DNA from: a virus
DNA: 64,000 nt
Virus record (IMG/VR): IMGVR_UViG_3300025010_000008
Direction: 5' to 3' (one strand)
A program made the position numbers and the translations under genes. Positions within the stretch are counted from its first letter, which is position 1. Each line of letters starts with the position of its first letter. Positions 49,351-59,256 of the stretch are shown in pieces. Below the pieces are notes generated by a model, which was given only the letters and a program-made list of their open reading frames with translations, was not told the origin of the DNA and searched no databases.

Positions 49351-51896
49351 TACCGCTGAGAATTGAAGCCAGAAACTTTGGGGCATTGAAACAGGTTGAC
49401 GTGAGGCTTGACAACGTAAATCTTGCTGCCGTGGTTGGTGTAAACGGGATCGGCAAAAGCACATTATTCACCATAGCACCGTTATTTGCTCTTTTCGGTG
49501 AGGTAAAAAGAAACTGCAGCATTGATGACATGGTTAAGTCAGGAGAGCAGGACTGTTATGTAAGCCTTGAATTTGAGCATAGGGATAAGGTGTATCGCGT
49601 AACCAGAACACGTTCATCTAAGGGTAGAGGTAAAAGCACGTTGGAATTGCAGAGATTATTGCCAGACGGGCAGTGGGGAAAATTAACCGGGGATACTGTC
49701 AGAGAAACTGACGAAAAAATACGGGAACTTTTAAGCTTAGACGCTGAGACTTTTACTGCTTCGTCAATGGTATTGCAGGGACGGGCGAATGAATTCACCA
49801 ACAAGCCTGCAGGTCAACGGAAGTTAGTTCTTGGGCAGATTCTTGGACTAAGTATCTATGAGAGATTGCAGGAAAAATCCCGAGAGAATGAGAGAACGGC
49901 CACCAACAAAATTGAGAAGCTAAAAGCTAAGAAATTAGAACTGGACATAAGGATTGGAGCTTTGCCTCAGATTGAAAGTGACATTAAGAACACCAAGAAA
50001 GAACTAGAAAAGGTTGCTGCTGATATTGTCGCCGGTGAGTCTGAACTAAAGGAAGTTGAGAACGCAGTCAGGGACGTTGAAGCTAAAAAAATAAAGTTTG
50101 ATGAAATCAATGCACAGGTTAAAACCTTGGATGATGAAATATTCACTAAGGGCGTAGAGAGGTCGGAGCAAGAGAAAAAGCTTAGGCAGGCCATAACTGC
50201 AATTAGCATGGAGGATGAGGTACTAGCTAAGGCAGAAAAACATGAGCAAACTAAGCAGCAGATTGTCTTGCTAGAAGTCAAGGAACCTCAGTTAAACATC
50301 TTGGCCAATAAAAGATACACTCTTGCTGATAATATAAAAACAACCCAGGACAAGCTATTAGCTCTACAAGAACGCATAAAGAAGGGCGTAGACCTTATTG
50401 CCAGCCTGGAGGCATTCAAAAAGGAAACCGAAGAATACCCAGCCTTGGTTAAGAAATTAGAAGAACTTGACGTTTTAGCCGAGAAGGATGCCGCTTTAAA
50501 GCTACGATATACGGTAGCTAAGAATAGCTTTACCGACAAAAGTAACGCAATGCACTATAAAGAAGACATCCTAAATGCTGAAATAAAATCTCTCGAGGTA
50601 AAAGTAGCACTACTTAACGACAGTAACTGCATAGACCCTGAAAAGGCTGCTTGTAGGTTTTTGGCCGATGCAGTTAAAGCTAAGGCACGGTTGACAGAGG
50701 CGCAAGAGGAATTAAAAGCGCTGGATTGGTCGGAGTGCCAGAGGCTGAATAAAGTTGTGTCGGACATCAAGAAAGAAATGGATGAACTTAACTATAACGT
50801 ATCTGACCACAAAACAACAAAAGAAAAGGTTAAGATATTGGCCACCAAGGCTGAGAAGGTAGCTAAACTTGCCAGCAGTGAAGAGCTCTTAAACAACCTT
50901 CGGGAGCAGGAGCAGGACTTACTACAGGCCATAGAACAGTTGAACATTAAGAAAAATGATGCTGATGAGAAGGTTGCGGCCTTGTCTGATGAACTTAAGA
51001 GACTGCCATACTTAAGAAATCTTTTAACCTACCTTGAACCGTGGTTGAAACTGAAAGATGAACTGCCGGTTCAGAAGCAAAACAAGGAAAACGCTCAGGA
51101 AAAAATAGCAGCCATCACTACTGAAATAGCAGATAAAACATTCAGAAGATCATGTCTGGTGGTAGATAGTTTTGAGATCGAGGATGAAATTAAAAGCCTG
51201 CCAGTTAAGCAGGGATTGGTAAGGAAACTGGGTGATGCACTGCAAACACTAAACACTAACAGAGACTCATTAAATAATCGCTCAGGTGCTTTAAAAGCGA
51301 AGCTGGAGGCATTGGAGCAGGATAAACTTGAGCAAGACAAGCTAAACGTAGAACTGCAGTCGTTAGCCAAAGAATTAACCAGGTGGCAGACGTTATACAA
51401 AGCTTTCGGCAGGGATGGGATCCCGGCACTGATAATTGAAAATGCGGTACCGGAACTTGAACGGATAGCTAACGAAATTTTAGGCCAGATGAGTAAAGGC
51501 GAACACTCCCTGAGATTTGAGACCCAGCGGGAGCTAAAGAGCAAGGCTGGTGTTTCTGAGACTCTTGACATTATAGTTAGCGACTGGGCCGGTGAAAGAG
51601 TATATGAAACTTTTAGCGGTGGTGAGCAGCTTAGGATTGATTTTGCAATACGGTTTGCACTGGCTGAGCTCTTAGCACGGAGGGCCGGGGCAAAGATTGA
51701 GTGGCTAACGGTTGACGAGGGCCTTGGTAGTCAGGATGCAGAGCATAGAGGGTTGGTCCTGGAGGCTATAAAGGCTGTGGCTGATAGATTTAAGAAAACG
51801 CTGGTTATTACACACATCGAGGAAGCTCAGGCGGTATTTGAGCAGAAGATTTTATTTGAAGGTAAGGACCATGGGGTTAGTGTAACCGTGGCATAA
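49347..51896 (+). CDS. sbcC: SbcC/Rad50-like ATPase
   Basis: Walker A GVNGIGKST, a long central coiled-coil, signature FSGGEQLRIDFA and Walker B WLTVDEG. Confidence 0.85.
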   Translation: MIPLRIEARNFGALKQVDVRLDNVNLAAVVGVNGIGKSTLFTIAPLFALFGEVKRNCSIDDMVKSGEQDCYVSLEFEHRDKVYRVTRTRSSKGRGKSTLELQRLLPDGQWGKLTGDTVRETDEKIRELLSLDAETFTASSMVLQGRANEFTNKPAGQRKLVLGQILGLSIYERLQEKSRENERTATNKIEKLKAKKLELDIRIGALPQIESDIKNTKKELEKVAADIVAGESELKEVENAVRDVEAKKIKFDEINAQVKTLDDEIFTKGVERSEQEKKLRQAITAISMEDEVLAKAEKHEQTKQQIVLLEVKEPQLNILANKRYTLADNIKTTQDKLLALQERIKKGVDLIASLEAFKKETEEYPALVKKLEELDVLAEKDAALKLRYTVAKNSFTDKSNAMHYKEDILNAEIKSLEVKVALLNDSNCIDPEKAACRFLADAVKAKARLTEAQEELKALDWSECQRLNKVVSDIKKEMDELNYNVSDHKTTKEKVKILATKAEKVAKLASSEELLNNLREQEQDLLQAIEQLNIKKNDADEKVAALSDELKRLPYLRNLLTYLEPWLKLKDELPVQKQNKENAQEKIAAITTEIADKTFRRSCLVVDSFEIEDEIKSLPVKQGLVRKLGDALQTLNTNRDSLNNRSGALKAKLEALEQDKLEQDKLNVELQSLAKELTRWQTLYKAFGRDGIPALIIENAVPELERIANEILGQMSKGEHSLRFETQRELKSKAGVSETLDIIVSDWAGERVYETFSGGEQLRIDFAIRFALAELLARRAGAKIEWLTVDEGLGSQDAEHRGLVLEAIKAVADRFKKTLVITHIEEAQAVFEQKILFEGKDHGVSVTVA

Positions 51897-51973
51897 GAAA
51901 GGCGGGAGTCGCAAGCTCCCGCCCATAAATAAATATCCTGAATAATTATACACGTTGTTTTGTGTATATATCA

Positions 51974-52013
51974 AGCCCGGCGACTTGGTTAGTCGCCAAC
52001 GGGCTAATTTTTT
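51974..52013 (+). terminator. Rho-independent terminator
   Basis: AGCCCGGCGAC...GTCGCC..GGGCT followed by AATTTTTT. Confidence 0.65.
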
Positions 52014-52071
52014 AAACTGACCTATTGGGAAAATATTCCCCTATCTATGGATATGAGGGGTGAAAATATTT

Positions 52072-52446
52072 ATGACAGAAATTGCAACGAAGGAAATCGT
52101 TTTAAATATACCTTCCGTTGATGATTGGACATTAACCGATTTAAGGAAGTGTTGCAGGAAGAATAAAGTTAAGGGTTATGCAAAGTTTAGCCGTGAGCAG
52201 CTAATTAAAGCCGTCAAGGATGTTATCAAGCAGTTCAATAAAGATACTTCAGATGAGCATGTAAAGACTGATGCCGCCAAGGAAAAACTGAAAAGGGTTG
52301 CCCTTGGGATAAATAATCTTCTTGCTGAGAATAATTGCGGCATTGGAGTTGAACTAAGGAACGGACAGGTAGTGCAGGTTCTTATTGATTACGACTCCAA
52401 TATGATGTGTCGGGTAACTGATGGGTTAAAGAAGGTGGCACGATGA
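52072..52446 (+). CDS. Protein with a Rho_N/SAP-like N-terminal motif
   Basis: LTDLRKCCRKNKVKGYAKFSREQLIKAV. Confidence 0.45.
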   Translation: MTEIATKEIVLNIPSVDDWTLTDLRKCCRKNKVKGYAKFSREQLIKAVKDVIKQFNKDTSDEHVKTDAAKEKLKRVALGINNLLAENNCGIGVELRNGQVVQVLIDYDSNMMCRVTDGLKKVAR

Positions 52447-52556
52447 AAGCTAATTATCTTGCTCTATATTTGAGCATAATGACTGGATATTCGGTTGACA
52501 AGGCGCTGAGGAGGATGAACGCGGCGCCTACGAAAAACCATAAGAAGGTGAGTTAG
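52443..52556 (+). CDS. Hypothetical small protein
   Basis: 37 aa, ATGA overlap, absent from the ORF track. Confidence 0.3.
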   Translation: MKANYLALYLSIMTGYSVDKALRRMNAAPTKNHKKVS

Positions 52557-53105
52557 ATGGCGTTAATTGAATTTGATGATGCATATGAGGTTGAAATACT
52601 AGCGCATAGGACCATAGGCGCGCATCACAAGCACCTGGCCGAGGCTAGAATTAAGTACCTTTTTCGGGAAGGACCTTGGAGCAGTAAAGACCGTACCACC
52701 TGGGGCAGAGCTCTAAAGGTCACTGCACGGGAAAGGCACCTCACCGGCTATGACTTTTGTGTTGTGATTAATAGCAAGGTTTGGCGTTTATTAGAGCAAC
52801 ACCAGAAGACAGCACTAATAGACCACGAACTTAGCCACTGCGGGAGAAAGGCCGACGATGACAAAGACGGAAATCCGGTGTGGTATGAGGTATCACACGA
52901 CATAGAGGATTTTGCTGCAGTTGTGCGTCGGCATGGTTTATGGTCTGAGGATGTGCGAAAGATTGCACGGGCTATAGAGCAGCATAACCAGCCTTCTCTC
53001 TTGGAATTTGGTTTAGAGGATGTTGAGCAGGAGGAGGAGGATGATGATACTAATGCATTGCCGTTTACAGATCAGGAGAAGCTATCAGAAAGCCTCCCTA
53101 ACTAA
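52557..53105 (+). CDS. Putative metallopeptidase (HExxH)
   Basis: IDHELSHCG motif and an acidic C-terminus. 182 aa. Confidence 0.5.
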   Translation: MALIEFDDAYEVEILAHRTIGAHHKHLAEARIKYLFREGPWSSKDRTTWGRALKVTARERHLTGYDFCVVINSKVWRLLEQHQKTALIDHELSHCGRKADDDKDGNPVWYEVSHDIEDFAAVVRRHGLWSEDVRKIARAIEQHNQPSLLEFGLEDVEQEEEDDDTNALPFTDQEKLSESLPN

Positions 53106-53248
53106 GCAGTTGGTCAGTAGGGTTAATCGGTTTATAACATTAACCCAGGAGTGGCTTGAGGGTGAGGACAAGCCGTCATCCAAGGCCGTGGGGTATGGGG
53201 TTGTGGCGGTGGCGTTCTTATATCTGATTGGACAGGTGGTGAGAGCAT

Positions 53249-54064
53249 TTGAATAAATCTAAAATTGAATGGTGCGACTACACCTGGAACCCAGTGACCG
53301 GCTGCCTGCATAACTGCAGCTATTGCTACGCAAAAAGAATAGCGACCAGGTTTGCAGATGGGAAAGCTTTTCCTAGAGGTTTTTATCCTACGGTTCATCC
53401 TGCAAGAATCATAGAACCATTGGCAGTTAAAAATCCAGCAAAAATATTCGTGAGCAGTATGGGGGATTTATTTGGTGACTGGAACTGGAAGGGACCAAAT
53501 AATCTAACATTTCACAAAGAAGAAGTTATCGAAAGCGTATTAGATACTATCAGGAAGTGTCCACAGCTCACGTTTATTTTCCTGACAAAGAACCATTTGG
53601 GATACAAAAAGTTTGAGTTTCCCGACAATTGCTGGTGCGGGGTAACTGTTGAAGAACAAAGCAAAGATTTCAGGATTCAGGAACTGCTGCAGGTACAGAC
53701 GGAAGTGAGATTTATATCAATAGAACCTCTTTTAGGGAGAGTTTCTTTAAGTGATTATCTCAGGCCAATACCGTTTTGCAGATTTATCGACACTGATGAT
53801 GGGACTTGTACTAACGACAAAAACGATACTCCTGAGTGTCACTTGGGAAGCGGTTGCCCAGAAACTAATTTATATGGCGGTATCAACTGGGTTATCGTTG
53901 GTGCTCTAACAGGACCAGGAGTAAAGTTACCGCCCTCTGGTTGGGTGCAGGATATTATTGACCAATGTAGATTGGCAGGGGTACCGGTATTTCTTAAGGA
54001 TAATCTTAAATGGCCGGAGAAAATTCAAGGGTTTCCGGAGGTGTTAAATGGGCAGAGAAGTTAA
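53249..54064 (+). CDS. Phage Gp37/Gp68 (DUF5131) family protein
   Basis: The N-terminus KIEWCDYTWNPVTGCLHNCSYCYAKR is characteristic of the family. Confidence 0.75.
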   Translation: MNKSKIEWCDYTWNPVTGCLHNCSYCYAKRIATRFADGKAFPRGFYPTVHPARIIEPLAVKNPAKIFVSSMGDLFGDWNWKGPNNLTFHKEEVIESVLDTIRKCPQLTFIFLTKNHLGYKKFEFPDNCWCGVTVEEQSKDFRIQELLQVQTEVRFISIEPLLGRVSLSDYLRPIPFCRFIDTDDGTCTNDKNDTPECHLGSGCPETNLYGGINWVIVGALTGPGVKLPPSGWVQDIIDQCRLAGVPVFLKDNLKWPEKIQGFPEVLNGQRS

Positions 54065-54467
54065 GTATCGCGCATGGGACACTGAGCTAAAGCATATGAT
54101 CGTCGATTCGCCGATCTCAATGGCAGGGATCATGAGTAACCATATCAGGAAGGCGTATGACCCGAACGGAAAAATAATTGGTGAACAGTATGTGGTGATG
54201 CAATGTACTGGTCTTACTGATAAACACGACAAAGAGGCGTATAGGGATGATATTATTTCATACCCTGGAAGTAATTATATAGGTGTTATTAGGTTTGGGG
54301 AATATCGCGATAACGACATGCGAACTGGCGGTCACATTGGTTTTTATGTGGACTGGCTAATTGACGGATTATTGCTTCGTAAGGATTTAGGATATTGGTT
54401 AAAAGTTTCTGAGGTTATTGGCAACATTCATCAAAACTCGGAACTCCTGGAGGTGCGGAATGACTGA
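54048..54467 (+). CDS. YopX-family protein
   Basis: The KYRAWDTELKHMI start and ...IGNIHQNSELLE end are typical of YopX. Confidence 0.7.
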   Translation: MGREVKYRAWDTELKHMIVDSPISMAGIMSNHIRKAYDPNGKIIGEQYVVMQCTGLTDKHDKEAYRDDIISYPGSNYIGVIRFGEYRDNDMRTGGHIGFYVDWLIDGLLLRKDLGYWLKVSEVIGNIHQNSELLEVRND

Positions 54468-55224
54468 AATAATACAAGAAAAATTAGTTGTGTTAAATGA
54501 AGACAACAAGGCTGTTTGCCTTAAATCTATATCTGATCTGTTTTTTGCAGCAAAACAACTTCACGAATGGCTTAATAATGATGAGTTGTCGGTGGAAATG
54601 AAAGATACTCTTATAAGCCTCATGGAAAGCCACACTGCTGGATTTTCAAAAATCCTCGGATATGATTCGCAAGCCGCCAGCAGGATTGATGATATGTTTG
54701 GCGGCATTAGACAGGCTAATAGGAAAATTAAGGAGTTAGAGCAACAACTGGCTGATAATAACCCTGTGTCTGGGGTTAAAGAATTACTCCGAGAGATGCA
54801 CGACGGATTATATGCCTGGTGGAACATGCAGGGTTTTAATCTTGTGACGGATGATGCTTTCGGATCGTACGGTTACAAGGGAAGGTTTTGCCTTAGCCTT
54901 AACACTGTTAGCACCTTCTCAAGAAAACCTATCACCGAGGAGCAGGAGCGCAGAAGTAAATTAAATGAATTGCTTGACGATGGTTATGAACTTACTTTAG
55001 TTAAAGGTGATCGAGAGTACGTTCTACTTGACACTCCGACAAACAGGAAGAAAATAAACTATCTGTTAAAAACAGCGTTCCCAAGCGCAAAAATTATAAA
55101 GTGGAATAATTATTGGCTCAATAACGATGATTTTAAGCTATGGGACGTTGAGGTTATTATTTATAATCTTGCTGAGATTAAAAACATTGTCGATCGCATG
55201 AAAAATATTAAAGACGAGGATTGA
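54460..55224 (+). CDS. Hypothetical protein
   Basis: ATG at 54460 after ggaggtg. 254 aa. Confidence 0.55.
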   Translation: MTEIIQEKLVVLNEDNKAVCLKSISDLFFAAKQLHEWLNNDELSVEMKDTLISLMESHTAGFSKILGYDSQAASRIDDMFGGIRQANRKIKELEQQLADNNPVSGVKELLREMHDGLYAWWNMQGFNLVTDDAFGSYGYKGRFCLSLNTVSTFSRKPITEEQERRSKLNELLDDGYELTLVKGDREYVLLDTPTNRKKINYLLKTAFPSAKIIKWNNYWLNNDDFKLWDVEVIIYNLAEIKNIVDRMKNIKDED

Positions 55225-55811
55225 TGATGCAAAAGTATCGCTTGATTATCGCGGATCCGCCGTGGCGTTACAATGACCAAGGCACCAGGCTAAGCCCGGC
55301 ATACGAGGGAAAACAGCGGAAATCCGGCAAGCACTACGACACTATGTCTTTACAAGAAATCTGCAGTTTGGGCGAGTGGGTAAAATCTATCACAGCACAG
55401 GACGCGATCCTGTTGCTGTGGAGCACCCACCCGATCAAACAAACGCATCCTTGGCCGGTGATGAAAGCTTGGGGATTTAAGTATTCTACGGCAATACCAT
55501 GGGTAAAGGCGCGATGGGACGAAAGAAAGAAGCGACTTGTGTATCAGATCGGTGGCGGGAAAACTACCCGCTCATGTTCGGAAGAAATTCTGGTATGTAC
55601 TAAGGGCAAGGGTGCTTCTCTTATTAAGGACAGGGGAATTCCAGGGGCAATAATAGCGCCGAGGACAAAGCATAGCGCCAAGCCTGATGAGCAGTATGAC
55701 AGAGCTGAACGCATGGTTCCAGGTGGCCCGTTTTTGGAGCTGTTTGCCCGAAGCAGAAGGCCGAATTGGGATGCTTGGGGAGACGAAATAGGTATGGCAG
55801 AAGGCACGTAA
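55224..55811 (+). CDS. MT-A70-family N6-adenine DNA methyltransferase
   Basis: Catalytic DPPW motif in IIADPPWRY. 195 aa. Confidence 0.8.
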   Translation: MMQKYRLIIADPPWRYNDQGTRLSPAYEGKQRKSGKHYDTMSLQEICSLGEWVKSITAQDAILLLWSTHPIKQTHPWPVMKAWGFKYSTAIPWVKARWDERKKRLVYQIGGGKTTRSCSEEILVCTKGKGASLIKDRGIPGAIIAPRTKHSAKPDEQYDRAERMVPGGPFLELFARSRRPNWDAWGDEIGMAEGT

Positions 55812-55835
55812 ATCTACACGGGGTAGGTGTGGTAA

Positions 55836-56735
55836 TTGGCCAAGGGCGACAGAGATAATTTCAAAGCCGATACCGACGACGGGTATACAAAAATTGCAAA
55901 TTTACTCCTGGAAGCCCTGGCCATGTCTAAGCTGAACGGGATACAGAAAGGCATTTGTCTTTTCTTGTGGCGCAGGACTTATGGGTGGGGACAAAAAGAG
56001 GATCAAATATCCCTAAAGGAGTTTGCCCAGGCTTGTAGTACCAGCGAACAATATATTTCCAGACAAATTAAACAGCTGGTTAACTGTAAAGTCATTATTC
56101 GTACTTCATATCAGCCGGGCAAGGCTCCTACCTATACCTATAATACAAGGGTTGCAGAATGGGACAAGGATTGCATAGATGTGCAGGGGTTGCACGATTG
56201 TGCAATACAAGGGTTGTACATATGTGCAATACAAGGGTTGCACGATTGTGCAAGGGTAAACCAGCCTCTAGGCCACGAAACACAAGGCTTAGAGCCATGC
56301 CTAAAGAAAGATCTAAAGAAAGATAAAGAAATTAATGATGATACAGCAGATAGCGGAAAATTATGCGAAAATCTTTATTCGATTTTTGAAAATGAATTTG
56401 CCAGACCCCTTGGGCCGATGGAAATAACTCAGCTAACAGAATGGATTAATAACGACAAGCTAACCAACGAGCTTATTTTAGAGGCACTAAGACGTGCTGT
56501 TTTTGCAGGTAAGTTCAAGTTTAGCTATATAAGCAGTATTCTGTTTGACTGGCTTAAAAACAATATCAGAACAATGCAAGAGGTTCAGGAGAGAGATAAA
56601 GAGTTTAAAGATTGTCAGAGTAAGAAGCAAGATAATAAAAGCAAATCCAGGGCCAGTCCCCAAGCAGATACTTGGGGTAATCCTAAAAACGTGGACAAGG
56701 AAAAGGAACTCCTTAGGCAACTTTATAATAATTAG
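55836..56735 (+). CDS. Replisome organizer (replication protein O-like N-domain plus DnaD/DnaB_2-like C-domain)
   Basis: YTKIANLLLEAL...FLWRRTYGWGQKEDQISLKEFA and C-terminal EITQLTEWIN...ILEALRRAV...YISSILFDW. The gene carries internal iterons. Confidence 0.75.
   Translation: MAKGDRDNFKADTDDGYTKIANLLLEALAMSKLNGIQKGICLFLWRRTYGWGQKEDQISLKEFAQACSTSEQYISRQIKQLVNCKVIIRTSYQPGKAPTYTYNTRVAEWDKDCIDVQGLHDCAIQGLYICAIQGLHDCARVNQPLGHETQGLEPCLKKDLKKDKEINDDTADSGKLCENLYSIFENEFARPLGPMEITQLTEWINNDKLTNELILEALRRAVFAGKFKFSYISSILFDWLKNNIRTMQEVQERDKEFKDCQSKKQDNKSKSRASPQADTWGNPKNVDKEKELLRQLYNN
56190..56253. repeat. Three 16-bp palindromes at 24-bp period inside the organizer gene (candidate ori iterons)
   Basis: TTGCACGATTGTGCAA at 56190-205, TTGTACATATGTGCAA at 56214-229 and TTGCACGATTGTGCAA at 56238-253. 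Confidence 0.8.
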
Positions 56736-56744
56736 GGTGATCAT

Positions 56745-57434
56745 ATGTGCGAGATATGCCAAGATCGGGGCATTGTCGTAATAGACGGCAACACGGCAAA
56801 ACGCTGTGAATGCATGATTAGGCGGCAGATAATTAACCGTTTCAAGAACTCCAAAATGTCAAAATCCATGCTAAAACAGACCTTTGAAAATTTCAATTTT
56901 AGCTACTACGGCGATAAAATATTTGCGGCTAAGAAGGCAGTTGAAGCGGCTAAAACCTTTACAAAAAATGTTATTGAGGGTCAGGCCGATGGACTAATTC
57001 TAACTGGCTTAACGGGCAGAGGAAAAACTTATTTAGCTTGTTGTATAGCTAACGAGTTGCTTAGAAAAAATATTAACACTCTTTTTTGTGTCGTGCCTGA
57101 TTTACTTGACCAGATTAAGGACACCTACAATAAGGGCAGCGAATACAGCGAAATGGATCTGATCGATACGGCCAAGGAAGTAGCGGTGTTAATCCTGGAT
57201 GACCTTGGAGCGCACCAGTATACCGAGTGGGCAAGGGGTAAGTTATTCACGATACTTAACTACAGAATTAACCATAACCTACCAACCGTTATCACTACAA
57301 ACCTTAGTGTCGAGGACGTTGGCGAGGCAATCGGGGATCGTGCTGCAAGTAGGATAATTGAGCTTTGTCAGCCGTACATGCTGGAAGCTGATGTGGATAT
57401 CAGGCTACAGAAGCGGCTCAATAAAACAAAATAA
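56745..57434 (+). CDS. dnaC: DnaC/IstB-like AAA+ helicase loader
   Basis: Walker A GLTGRGKTYL, Walker B LILDDLG and an N-terminal Cys4 (CEICQ...CEC). Confidence 0.8.
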   Translation: MCEICQDRGIVVIDGNTAKRCECMIRRQIINRFKNSKMSKSMLKQTFENFNFSYYGDKIFAAKKAVEAAKTFTKNVIEGQADGLILTGLTGRGKTYLACCIANELLRKNINTLFCVVPDLLDQIKDTYNKGSEYSEMDLIDTAKEVAVLILDDLGAHQYTEWARGKLFTILNYRINHNLPTVITTNLSVEDVGEAIGDRAASRIIELCQPYMLEADVDIRLQKRLNKTK

Positions 57435-57438
57435 CCTC

Positions 57439-59232
57439 ATGAAGGGGGAGGTGAACACTATCGAATACACATTCACAGATTTTCATATGTTCTCCGGCAG
57501 TGGTGGACTGGCACTTGGAGTTCAAAATGCTGAAACCGAATACCGTGGCATCCGGGCTAGCTTCATCAGCTTAGGTGGGGTAGATTGTGACCCGTTGGCC
57601 TGCACAAATTTTGAGATGTTTACCGGTAACCCTGCCTTTTGTATGGACCTCTTTAGTCGCGAAGATTATGTGGCATTTCATGGTCATGAGCCTCCAGTAG
57701 ACTGGCAGGAAGTAGTGCCAGAGGATTTAATTAGGGTTACCAGAGGTATATGTCCAGATGCGTTATTCCTCAGTCCGCCGTGCAAAGGTTTCTCGGGGCT
57801 ATTGCCTAAAAAATCATCTGAATCGGAAAAATATCAGGCCCTAAACAGGTTGACTGTTCGCGGAATTAGACTGGCACTTGAAGCTTTCCGAGATGACTTA
57901 CCGGGAATAATCATGATAGAAAATGTCCCGCGCATAACTACCAGGGGAGCCGGTTTACTGAAACAAATCAAACAGTTATTAGGTTCCCATGGGTATGTTT
58001 TTCACGAAGCGTTACATGATTGTGGGGAGTTAGGTGGCTTAGGGCAACACCGGAAAAGGTATTTGCTAATAGCTAGACGTCCGGATAAGGTGCAAAACTT
58101 TGTTTACCAACCGCCCAAATTGCGAGTAAAGTCAATCGGTGAAATATTAGGTTCACTACCGATGCCGGATGACCCGAAAGGTGGGCCGATGCATAGAATG
58201 AGACGCCTGCAGTGGAAAACCTGGGTGCGATTGGCGCTTATTCCGGCAGGTGGAGATTGGCGGGATCTAGAGAAAATATCTCCTGAAGAATATAAGCTTG
58301 AGCATATTCCGAGAAACGCTGCATTAGGTGTTCTTGATTGGGAAAAGCCATCTTGCGCAATTATCGGAAATGCCAGGGTAGGAGGAAGTCAGGCTTCAGC
58401 TATCGCAGATCCAAGACTGACAGAGAGAGATAATCGCCATCCAGGAGTATATCAGGTGGTTAGGTGGCAGGATCCGGGACCGTGTGTCACTGGCACCCGG
58501 TTTGGGAGTGGTGCTCCGGCCATTGCGGATCCTCGAACTGGATTTAAAGACAGTACACACTCCGGCATATACAGAATCAGCCAGTGGGATGAACCGTCTA
58601 GGACCGTAACCGGGGCAATGAATCCGAGTAATGGGGCTATTTCAATATCGGACCCAAGAAGGAATAGCGACCTGGGTAAGAATTTTAAAGGCAGTCCTGG
58701 ACTTATGGGCGTTCTTGACTGGAAAGAACCGTCACAGTCAGTTACTGGTAGTGCATCAGTAACAAGTAGCAATTGCCCTACTGCGGTTGCAGACCCACGT
58801 CTTGGTTGTATTTGTAGAAATGGTAGTTACGGAGTTCAGGCATGGGATGAACCAGCCAAAACAGTTACAAGTGCTGATGTTCATGCCGGATCTGCTGCAG
58901 TAGCAGATCCAAGGATACCTGCAGACAATGAAGGCGGAGTTTGGGTAATAATTGCGCTAGATGGCAGTTGGCATAGGCCGCTTACAACCTGGGAGCTGAT
59001 GGCCTTGCAGGGTTTTCCTCTCTATATGCCGGACGGTAGCCCGGTAGTATTAGCTGGAAATTCCGACGCAAAAAATAGAGAACAAATTGGCAATGCAGTT
59101 CCTCCAGCGACTGGACGGGCCATAGCAGAAGAAATACTTAGGACACTTCTATTGAGCAAGCTTGATGTATGGGAATTGAGTCATCAGGAAATATGGGTAA
59201 TGCCTGCGAAGGAGGACCTGGTATATTCGTAA
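57439..59232 (+). CDS. DNA cytosine-5 methyltransferase with a tandemly repeated variable region
   Basis: Motif I FSGSGG, motif IV PPCKGFS, motif VI ENV and motif X QIGNAVPP. Four to five ~40-aa ADPR...WxxP..VTG modules lie at about 58396-58950. The start codon is uncertain. Confidence 0.85.
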   Translation: MKGEVNTIEYTFTDFHMFSGSGGLALGVQNAETEYRGIRASFISLGGVDCDPLACTNFEMFTGNPAFCMDLFSREDYVAFHGHEPPVDWQEVVPEDLIRVTRGICPDALFLSPPCKGFSGLLPKKSSESEKYQALNRLTVRGIRLALEAFRDDLPGIIMIENVPRITTRGAGLLKQIKQLLGSHGYVFHEALHDCGELGGLGQHRKRYLLIARRPDKVQNFVYQPPKLRVKSIGEILGSLPMPDDPKGGPMHRMRRLQWKTWVRLALIPAGGDWRDLEKISPEEYKLEHIPRNAALGVLDWEKPSCAIIGNARVGGSQASAIADPRLTERDNRHPGVYQVVRWQDPGPCVTGTRFGSGAPAIADPRTGFKDSTHSGIYRISQWDEPSRTVTGAMNPSNGAISISDPRRNSDLGKNFKGSPGLMGVLDWKEPSQSVTGSASVTSSNCPTAVADPRLGCICRNGSYGVQAWDEPAKTVTSADVHAGSAAVADPRIPADNEGGVWVIIALDGSWHRPLTTWELMALQGFPLYMPDGSPVVLAGNSDAKNREQIGNAVPPATGRAIAEEILRTLLLSKLDVWELSHQEIWVMPAKEDLVYS

Positions 59233-59256
59233 ATATGAGCAGGAGGGGAAAACGAG

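Noticed and set aside
53020-53256. 78-aa ORF overlapping the 3' end of the metallopeptidase gene by 86 nt.
   Set aside because: It has a possible C-terminal TM helix, but there is no convincing start or RBS downstream of the overlap. I left it unannotated.
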